From: the human T2T-CHM13v2.0 reference genome, Homo sapiens
Assembly (NCBI RefSeq): GCF_009914755.1
Contig: NC_060934.1
DNA: 64,000 bases
Direction: 5' to 3' (one strand)
Below are positions 52,166-64,000 of this stretch, one piece after another. The translations under genes were made by a program, and so were the position numbers. The notes under the pieces were generated by a model. It made no database searches and was not told where the DNA came from. It saw only the letters and a list, made by a program, of their open reading frames with translations. Numbering within the stretch: position 1 is the stretch's first letter; the number at the start of each line of letters is the position of its first letter.

Positions 52166-53894
52166 ACCTTGAATTAATTTTTAGCTGCAGACTGTCACTG
52201 TTAACAAAACAAGTGTCAACCTATGAACATAATCAATTCTCACTGTAGAACTTAAGGACGTTTTATGATAAATTCAAGCACTATACTATATTGAGTATAG
52301 TCAGAAACTTCAACTTGTACAAGAGAATGAGATCTCTCTACACACTGTAAAACACAAAACAAAATTAAAAAAGAAAAGTGTGTATTACCATCACAGGGAA
52401 GCCTTGTTTTTACAGCTTTTCTAATTAATAGCAATAATTCATTTCAAAGATTATTTACAACACATACCTCACCCCACAATGGATATGAGATAACTCACTG
52501 GATCATTTTTAAAGCTTAATGCTATGTTAAATAAATCTGGTTTCTTCTTTCCTATGGAAACAAGAGAAAATTCCTAACAACTTTAATTTCCACAGGAAGG
52601 GGCTAATGGTTGCAAAACGTGACATAAAAGAAGGAAAATTTTATCTTTTCTTGTAAAGGTTCTGAGGCTAATATAAACATCACACAAATTCCCTTATTTC
52701 AGAGTGGAAGGAGATAAAATACATCAAGTAAAGTTTCCAGATAATATTTAAGATGTTCCCTACAAAAATATTAAGTAAACCATACTAAAAGTTTGTATCA
52801 TGCATTAAATTTGGTTAGAATGAAAGGCTGATTCTTCCAAATGTAGGCAAAAAAAGAGTAATCACAATCTCATTTCAAAGAAGCAAACTGTGGCAGACAC
52901 TGCCGGTTTTTTGGTGTTTTTTTTTTTAACTCTATAAAGGCAAATTAACTTTTTCCAGTGATAAATGGTAGCAGAGGACTGGTGTTACAACACTTGTACT
53001 TAATTAGGAATTTATTTCAGTCTGACAATATCAACTACAGTATGCCTTCCAGTAAGTAAATGAGGTCTTTATGTTAAAGTCTGACCAAATCATGGTTAGA
53101 ATGCAAAACTTACTTTTTAATAGTAGGAAGAAGGATAAAGACCTTAAACTCAGGACAGATGAAACATGGCTTGATGAATTTATACCTCTTATCTGTCTTC
53201 TCAAAGATCTCCAAAAAACAAAAGTACAGTTAACACACTGCAAGGAGTTGTAGGACAGAACCTACAATATCCCTACTTCCTTATCCTTCCTCTTCCAATA
53301 CACAAAAACGAATACTGAAAGGGTTAAGTCTTTAGAGTTGTTCATCAAAATTTCTGGTATGATTGTACTTTCTGGCTGTCGTGTGGCTGGGAGGGGTTAG
53401 GTGCCTAATTCTGGCCAATTGTAAGTCAAAGTGACCTATATGACTTCTGAACCATGGCATTTAACTGTCAGTGAAAGATGTGAAATCTTTCAATGCACTC
53501 TTCCACCTGTCGCCAGGCTTGAGATGTTTACTGCTGTATCACCCTGGTTCCCCTGCTGATCCAGGACAATGATCCAAAATGTGACAAGAATAAGAAAAAA
53601 AACTTTGCGTATTTTATGCCACTAAGATTTTGAGGTTCTTGGTTATCACAGCATATCCTAGTCCATCCTAACAAATATAAATTGGTACCTGGAGATAGGG
53701 TACTATTATAACAAAAAAAACTAAAATATATGCCACTGGCTTGAAGGCCAGGCAGCAAGGAAACTTCTCAGAGGCTAGAAGGATGGCAATCCTTAACAAG
53801 CAGTACAAAATATTTGGTAAAAGTCAGTTATAATAACTTGAAAAGCAGATAATGTATTTAATAAACCTACAGCTCTAGAGGAAGAGGTTAAAAA

Positions 53895-54188
53895 AACTGG
53901 ACATTTCCTAACAGGTATAGGAAAAAATGCTCATCATGACTAACCATCAGGAAAATGCAAATCGACACCACAATAAAATTTCACCTCACTCAAGTGAGAA
54001 CGGCTATTAGAAAGACAAAAAGTAACAAATGCTGGTGAGGATGCAGAGAAAAAAAGAACTCTCACACACTGTCAGTGGGAACGTAAATCAGTACAGCCAT
54101 TACAGAAAACAGCATGGAGAGGGTCCTCAAAAAAAAAAAAAAAAAACAATGTAAATTACCATCAATAGATGAATGAAGAAAATGTGGT

Positions 54189-54230
<42 letters not shown>

Positions 54231-54700
54231 ATGGAATAATATTCAGCTACAAAAAAGGATGAAATTCTGTCATTTGCTACAACACAGATGAGCCTAGGAG
54301 ATACTATGTTAAAGTGAGATAAACCAGACATAGAAAGATAAATATCACATGATCTCATTCATATGTGAAATCTCAACAAAACAAAACAACAACTCATAGA
54401 AGTTGAGGGAAGAACAGTGTTTTCCAGAGACTGGGGATATCAGGAGGGACGGGAAACAGGAAGAAGTTGGTCAAGGGGTACAATTTACAGTCAGATAGGA
54501 GTAAGTTCTGGTACTCTATTGGACAGTAGAGTGACTATTGCTAACGACAGCACATTATATGTTTCAAAATAGCCAGAAGAAAGGATTGTGAGTGTTCTCA
54601 CAACAAAGAAATGATAAATGCTTAAGGTCATGGCTATGTTAATTGCCATGATCTGGTCATTACACAGTGTACACATGTATAGAACATTACTCCATAAATA
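53895..54700 (+). mobile_element. L1MA 3' fragment with internal deletion and (CA)n at about 54190-54225
   Basis: aaatgctcatcat..taaccatcaggaaaatgcaaatc...aacaaatgctggtgaggatgcagagaaa... Confidence 0.8.
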
Positions 54701-54704
54701 TAGC

Positions 54705-55033
54705 CAAGTGTTGCTTAATAATGGGAATGTGTTCTGAGAAATGCATCATTAGGTGACTGTATCATGCAAACACTATAGATTTTACTTAAAACTTAGATGG
54801 TGTAGCTTACTACATACCTAGGCTATATGGTATAGCTTACAGACTACTAACCTGTATCGTATGTTACTGTACTGATTACTGTAGGGAGTTGTAACACAAA
54901 AAAGTATTTGTGGATCTAAGCATATCTAAACATGGAAAAGGTACAGTAAGAATATGGTATTATAACTCTGGGGGACACCAGAGTCATGTCTGTGATCTGT
55001 TGACTGAAACGTCACTATGCAGAACATAAATGT
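54705..55033. mobile_element. Tigger3/MER7 DNA transposon
   Basis: gttctgagaaatgcatcattaggtga...ctacatacctaggctatatggtatagc...ttgactgaaacgtc. Confidence 0.75.
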
Positions 55034-56859
55034 ATGTATGATCACTACGTGCCAATTTTAAAAACCCTAACATTAAAATGGTATGTTGGTTGTTTTGACT
55101 GTGTTTGGTATTGCAAGAAAGAAACAAATTTTAAAATTGACCAGAGTTTGTAAGCAGGAATAAAAGGAAGAGGGCCCCAAAATGGGGAGGCTTGCAGTTG
55201 GAAGAAAAGATTTCTCAACCCCAAGCCATAAGTTTAAAAACCACCAAAGGCTTTGAGCAACAAAGGAAGAGTATCAAATCAAATCAAGAGTATGGGCATC
55301 ATATTCACTGTTAAAACATCTGAACGGGTTAAAGAGAAGAGTCTCAGAGCAGAGATCCAATTAAAATTGTGACACCCAATTAATGCTCTCAGTTGAATAA
55401 AATGCTCTGAGGAAAAGAAAAAGACACATAAATACACACACACAGAGCCCAACAGGTTACCGGTAGCAGCGTTTATAAGACATACATCTGGTAAAGAACA
55501 CTGGCATATGAGCTGAATGGAAACGTGTTTTTAGACACATTACAAGCTTGCACAGTTGTGCTACCGACAAACAACCCAGAGCCTGAATTAAAAACCTGAT
55601 TTAAAAGTATGCTTAAGTCTCCAACTTTCTATAGGAAGCAGGTTGTCAAGGGTTTTAGCTCCCAATGAGGGCATATTTTCCAATGACTACTTCAGATGAG
55701 GCTAAGGAAGATGATGGAAAAGGAGGAATCAATCTCCTAGATATCAGTGCCAACAGCCACAAAAAACAATGGCCTGGGGAGTTCCCCACCAGGGAGCAGA
55801 CCTAGTGCTGAAACCAGCACACTCTCCATATCTAGGGTAAGCCAGCCCTTGTCACACGGGGCTGTGGGGGGATTTCTGAATGGCGGTGGGATGGGGACTG
55901 CAGTGCTCCTCTAATGTTCTGTTATACACATGGAAGTGCTTATTGGGGTTATCCTGTCCCTGTTATTTCAACGTATATTGGGTGTGGCAGGAAGGTGGTT
56001 GCAGGTAACATTTTTGTTCACAGTTCTCCAGGTCAAGGAAACACATACAGGTCTGATATACAGAATTATGCGTATCACCTGGAAACTCTTAAGTTTGATG
56101 CAATCATTACTTGGGACTTCTGAGCTGGCTTCGCCGGGGGAGAGGAGTGTATTTTCTCTGTGAGAAGAAGGGTAAGCCAAACCTTGGCCTACTTGTTAAT
56201 GTGGTTGTTTCTGCCTTTTGGTCATATGACAAGATTGTACCTCCTGGCTCCTTTATGATTAGATGCAGCTATGTTTCTTGTTCTGGCCAATGAGCTGTGA
56301 GCAAAAGTGGCATGTAACTTCTGGCCAGAGCATCTTAACAGCTGATGCAAAGACAGACATTTCCAGCGCTCTCTTTCCTCCACTGCAGTGTACACAATGT
56401 TCAGGATAAAGGCTGCTCTGCCTGTCTGCATCCTGGAGTGAGGCCACATAGTACAGAACCCCCAAATCAACCCAATGGATAGTGCAATGCTAAAAACAGA
56501 ACTTTGTTGCAAAGCCACTAAGATTTTGGGATTGTTATGTTTATAGCCCAACCATACCTATCCTAATAAATGGAGGGAAACCCTTAAACTCAATTGAACA
56601 TTCAAGTAAGAGGCAAGCACACAGATAATCTATTTCAAGTTTTCTCTATTAATGATAAAAATGAGGGCTAGCAGTTAAGCTACTTGTCTAATCACATAGT
56701 AACCACAGGGTAGACTCTGCTGGAACCATCATTATCTTCATATAACTCTAAATTACAATAGGAGTTATGTCCCTTCTAATCTCTAAACATAGCTCTGGGA
56801 TAGACTAAACTAGAAACACATGAATAAATTAACAATAAGCCAATCCAGTCATTTATTAA

Positions 56860-57420
56860 AAAAATTACAGAGGCATTAAGCTCCAATGCTAGAGGTACTT
56901 GGAGCTTAAGAGTCATGTGGTGAGACTATAACCAAATAACTACATAAATAAAATGGAAATTTACAGCAGTAATTGCCATGAAAGATGATATTATGAGAGC
57001 CTGTGACAGTCCTGTCATAATGAGTGGATACCTAAGGAAGTGACCTTGAGCTGAGATCTGAAGGATCTGTGGGAGATTACTAAACCAACCCACAGGGGAA
57101 TGGTGTTTCAGTGCATGAGAATAAATGAGAAATGATTCTGTGGCTGAAGTGAATTTGAAGGCTTTGGAGGTACTAAAAGGACATAGGAGCCAGATTACAT
57201 AAAGCCTAGTATATAATGCCACTTTGAAAACAATGGGAACTCTTCATAGGTTTTTAGCAAGAGTGACACAATGAGATTTCCTTTTTCAAAGGGCCACTGG
57301 TTGTATTAAGAATACTGGGGAGGCAGCAATTATAGTCTTGGGAGGACCAGTGAGGAAGCTACTTAAATTTAGGCAAGAGATGGCAATACCTTGAATTATG
57401 GAAGTAGCAATAGAGACAAT
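56860..57420 (-). mobile_element. L2 fragment
   Basis: ggaagtgaccttgagctgagatctgaaggat...gccagattacataaagcct...aggcaagagatgg. Confidence 0.6.
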
Positions 57421-58300
57421 AACATCTGAAATATTTGGAACTTATTTTAAACTTTTGCTAGCCTGTCTACACCTTCATCCTAGTTCTCCAATTTCTCCAC
57501 TGGATTCACGGTCAGTCTGAATACATTAAGCTGAGTGGAAGGGCAGCCCACACCCATTTGTTACAGCTAGCTTACAGAAAACAGCATTTACATCACAAGT
57601 ATGCCTTTCCAACAGCCCCAGCAATCGTTTTAGAAGACACACACGTATTAGGGATGGGTGGTCATCTTGTTTCATGCCACTTTATTTAGTAATCAAACAC
57701 ACTGGATTATATTCCATTATTTCCCAATTGATAAGGTAGGCTGCTTAGTGAAAAATCCTGGATCCAAATCTTAGAAATCCCAGATTTTATTCAAATTTAA
57801 GATTCCAGAAAGGATTTAAGGTAGTTAGGCCCCCAAATAAAGGAACATTATTATAGGTATTAATTGGTTTCTTGCTAATGATACAAAGTACTACGCATCC
57901 TTGAGAAATAGTTTTAGATATGAACAAGAATTAAGGTTCAACTGAGAAATTTTATGGGAAAAAAACCCCAGTCATAAAAATATAAAGGCCAGAAAAAAAA
58001 GCATCTCCAAAAAAGCGGAACAAAATGTTTGCTCCATCACTACAAAAGTTAGAATGTCTGATCTCGTGTGTATTGTACAAAATCACAGTGTAAAAGTTCG
58101 AACGTAAGATGAAATAAAACTTAATGAATGCTTTAAAATAGTGTAGAGAAAATTCCAAGACAAATGAATCAAGGTATATTATTTTTTCTGTATATTTCAG
58201 GGTATACAGAAAAAAAGACTGCTATTTTCTTTTAAATTGCATTACAAAGAAACATTCACAAAGGGAAAAAATCCATATAGAAGTCTCATATTTAGTGTCA

Positions 58301-58514
<214 letters not shown>

Positions 58515-59497
58515 TTAAGGCAGGTAATATGGTAACTACAACTAAAATCTTCATTTTCAAAACTTTCAGATTAGAGAGAAGAAATTTTAATATACAAAAG
58601 TTTATAGAGTAAAATAACTGGTTTTGATTTTATATCATCTATCGTACTTACATTTACTTCAAATGAAAAAAAAAATAGATGACTTCTCCAGAACTTAATA
58701 TTACAAGTTGGTTTACGCAGTTTTATTAGACTTAGAGATAACATATAAACTATCCAAAGTAAAAATAAGTATTTTAATATTTACAACAGGGACTTTAAAA
58801 AAGACTACCTCAGATTGTTTTACTTACCATGTGAATTATAAGTCCCTTCAAGATAAGACATGTTTGTAAATTCTACAGTATTTAGCATTATACTTTGTAA
58901 ACATAAGTTTATAAGTGTTTGATGAGTAAGTCATCTCATAAGTCAACATGATGTACAAGTAGCCTAAGCACAGCATTTCACAAAACATTTTGGGGGAGGC
59001 CTTAACATTTTCTCTGGCTTAAAATTTTGGTTTATTAAAATGTCTCATGTCCTTCCCATAAAGCACAGCTTAAATCTTACTTTATTAGTCTCATTCCAAA
59101 AGCTCAAAGGCAGAAAAACACAAAACAGGTATCTGATTGCCATTTTAGAATACAAAGTTATCATTGACTACCTAGATTTTTCCAGAACTATTTAAACACT
59201 AATTCAAGAAACACTTGTGCTAGTGCAATATTACGCCTTTAAGATAAAATAGTTTTTGCTTTCAAAGGGTTTGTTGCAAAGGAAACAATCATAAATGAAT
59301 CTGTTTTCCAAAAGTGCTGTGTTAGGGCTTGGAAAGGCTTCATAACAGTTGACAGCAAACAGGTTTGTTGAACAGATAGAGGAAAGGAAAAGCATTTGGG
59401 GTAAAGGACAGTATAAGTAAAGGCAGAAGTAAGAGACAGCATGGCCCACTGAGAGAGCATGAAGCACAGTATAGTTCAGTTCACTGAGCAGAGGGCT

Positions 59498-61560
59498 TGT
59501 GGTAGCCAGCCTGCAGGATGACTGGTGTTCATACCCTTGGGTAGTCCCCTCCCACAGTGAACAAGGGTTGGTCTGTGTGACCAACAGCACATGGCAGAAG
59601 TGATAGTACGTCACTTCTAAGATTGGGTGATAAAAGACTTGCGTGCTGTCTTACCACTTGGTACACACTCTCTCGAGTCATTTGTTCTGTGAAGACACAC
59701 AGGTAGTAGAGAGAACTGGGACAGAAGCCTCCAGCCAACAATGTGAGCAAGACTGGAAGCAGGGCTGCAGCTGACTGCAATCCTGAACAGCTTTTATGCA
59801 GACACAGGTCAGAACCACCCAACAGATGTTGCCCCTGGATTCCTGATCCTCATAAACTGTAAGATTACAAATGTTTGTTGTTTTAAACTGCTACATTTAG
59901 GGTAATTAGTTACATAGTAATAGATAAGTAATACATGTTGATACTGGGAGTCCTCACTGCTATAACAGAACACTGCAATGTTGGATTGGCTTTGGAAACA
60001 GACCATGGCTCTTAAGGATAGTTTAGTTAAGAAGCTGTTTTTAAAAAGTCTCATGGTATTTCATAAGGCTACAAGGAGAATAGAAAAGTGAGGTAGATGT
60101 TATTGGAAACTAGAAGAGGAGGTATCCTTCCTAGGAAGGGGCAGGAGGCTTAGTAACACTGTGACCTTTGGTCATATAAAAACCAGAAATTTTGGCTGGG
60201 CGCGGTGGCTCACGCCTGTAATCCCAGCACTTTTGGGAGGCCAAGGTGGGTGGATCACAAGGTCAGGAGATCTAGACCATCCTGGCTAACATGGCGAAAC
60301 CCCGTCTCTACTAAAAATACAAATTTAGCCGGGCATGGTGGCGTGCGCCTGTAGTCCCAGCTACTCAGGAGGTTGAGGCAGGAGAATCGCTTGAACCTGG
60401 GAGGCGGAGGTTGCAGTGAGCCGAGATCGTGCCACAGCCTGGGCGACAGAGTGAGACTTCGTCTCAAAAACAAACAAACAACAACAAAAATCCCCCACAA
60501 AAACCTGGAAATTTTATGTAATGAACTGAGTGATTTAGCAAAGGAGAGTTTCAACTAGAAAGTGCTGCCTTGCTGTTTCTGCTATATACAGCAAAAAATG
60601 AGAAGATATAAATTAAATCAAGACCTCTTGAAGAGCAAGGACTTGATGGTTTAGAAAATTTGCAGTCTCTTTAGACTGCAAACAATGCTAACATTGAGAA
60701 ATGCATTCTGAGCCAAGATCAAATCCAGGGCACTGCCAGAAAAACATGATCTAAAAACTAAGCCATGGGAGTAACTATAAAATCTTCTGTTAAGAGCTCA
60801 GAAATACCAAAGACAGTACCTCAGAATACTACTTTGTCAGACAAAAGCCCTGCTAGAATTTTGCACTTCACAGTGTATCTCAGTCAGACAATAAGGCTTT
60901 ACGAGGAGAAGGGTGTTGTCTCTCAGTAAAAGCTCAAGGTAGTAACGGGCGTATCTCAAATAAATTTGTGCATATGATTTTCAACTAATAGATTGACCCC
61001 AAAAGGATTCACAAAAGATGCACAAAGTTTTAAAAAATACTTACATATGGTGAAACACTGCCAGCTTGAACTGAAAGAGACAACAGATGGAAAATGAAGC
61101 CTTCAGAGGCCCCAAATTGTGGTAGAAAGCAAGATAAGAAAACTAGTCAGTTGCAAACAAACATGTACTACCTTTCATGGGGAAAGGCGACTGTGGAGAA
61201 ACAACCACATGCCCAAAGGGCAAAGCTGAGAGCAGGGGTGAATTACACCTAGGAATTGAGACTCACCTAAGGATTGGCTGATTGGATTTCAGAATTGTTA
61301 CAGACCAGGGATTCCCTTGTGCCTACTATCTCTTGGCACCCGCCCCCCGCTTTGATAGGAATGTTTTATAGAGGTTACCTTAAGCCTGACCCAATACTGT
61401 ATATTTGGCAAGTGTCTGGAGAAAGGATGAGGACCAGGTAACATATCGCTTTGGCTTTACAGGTCAGCAGGAATTGTACTTGAGAAGCTGTACTTAAGGA
61501 ACATCCAAGAAGTCCCAACTGTACCTGAATCTAACTTAGATGAGATTCTAGACTTTGAGC
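59498..61560 (+). mobile_element. MaLR MLT1E/F-like LTR (about 59498-59935) plus internal sequence, with an Alu at about 60194-60490
   Basis: tgtggtagccagcct...aaactgtaagattacaaatgtttgttgttttaa...aatagataagtaataca, then MaLR-internal motifs. Confidence 0.65.
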
Positions 61561-61899
61561 TGTGATAGGATAAGACTTTTGAATATAACAGCTAAAAAAA
61601 AAAAAAAATCACACTTTATACAGGTATATGCTATTGACTCATATACCACAAATGGTGATGTCAATGAAGTGACTTTCGAACAATAAGAACTCCTGCAAAA
61701 GTTCTGAACAAAAAAAGTACAACATCCTCTTTATACACTAGCTGCTTTTCTGGAAAATCTACTGTATATTAAAACTGTACACTTCACATGTAAAATTAAA
61801 TTAGGTCCTAGACTCAGATAATTTATAAATTGTAATTTTATCTGCTGGAATGTTCTCTGGGATAGTCAAAAGTCATCCTGTGAGACTGTGTTTTGTAAG

Positions 61900-62046
61900 G
61901 TGGGGTTTATGTCATTACTAGGCCCCCTCTTATTTTTAATTAATATCAACAGCATCTCCCAATAACTGACAATCCAAAGCACCCCCACAAATTTCCAGAA
62001 TGTCTCCATAGTGGGAGAATGATATAGCCCTTGTTGAGAACCACTG
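61900..62046. mobile_element. MER20
   Basis: tgacaatccaaa...ccagaatgtctcc...gttgagaaccactg terminus. Confidence 0.65.
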
Positions 62047-62299
62047 CAAAGGAAGGAGAAGTCTGAGATACTCAATACAACCCTTAAAGGTCCATTTTCT
62101 GAGCCCTGAAACAACCGTGCTGTACAAAAATCCTTCATTGTGAAGATATTTATACAATTGTGCAGCAGGAATGATAGGTACTCCTTGGAGTTCAAGCGGT
62201 CATCACTTTCTACTTAGTGGAGCTGCCCTTCCTTGAGGCTATCATACCACTTCTAGCTGCAAGAATGGTCCTCTACAGTTTAGAATATCTAGCAGGAGG

Positions 62300-63880
<1,581 letters not shown>

Positions 63881-64000
63881 AAGGAAAAAAAAAAGTTCCT
63901 GTTGGAATTAGTAACCAATATCTCCATTAAATGGATCCAGGAGAGACATAAAATAGTTATTAGGAGTGAAGTCCTTGAGTAGGAGAGAGGATGGGATTAT

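Larger units (their letters stand above)
53290..56565 (+). mobile_element. MaLR (MLT1G/H-like) element: LTR, internal region, LTR, with nested insertions
   Basis: Two LTR 3' ends share gccactaagattttg...cctaRYMtatcctaaYaaat (about 53617-53676 and 56513-56571); the internal region starts aattggtacc... Confidence 0.6.

Noticed and set aside
58828-58872. Possible 45-nt intron 1 exon ending ATG|gtaagt
   Set aside because: The donor is good but the acceptor has no pyrimidine tract.

Overview
Human (primate) genomic DNA, AT-rich and dense in Alu, L1, L2, MIR, DNA-transposon and MaLR relics. The whole window lies inside EPC1 (Enhancer of Polycomb homolog 1, a TIP60/NuA4 subunit) on the minus strand. 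Eleven coding exons (2-12 in the usual numbering) can be read with GT-AG boundaries and consistent phase. Exon 1 lies beyond the right edge (intron 1 covers 33069-64000), and the last exons lie beyond the left edge. Almost every other ORF in the track is an Alu or L1 artefact. The most notable observations are: (1) a strong 117-nt candidate poison exon in intron 10 (1031-1147) with an immediate in-frame stop, plus a separate read-through/intronic-polyadenylation candidate at the other end of the same intron, both cutting EPC1 at about residue 581; (2) a 67-bp mitochondrial ND5 fragment (micro-NUMT) that replaces part of an Alu in intron 6; (3) templated-insertion and template-switch scars at 25.3 kb, 36.2 kb and 6.8 kb; (4) a pristine AluYa5, a transversion-rich AluY and closely spaced inverted Alus. 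Repeat subfamily names and repeat boundaries are assigned by eye and are approximate. Comparisons to EPC1, mtDNA and repeat consensus sequences are from memory, not from searches.
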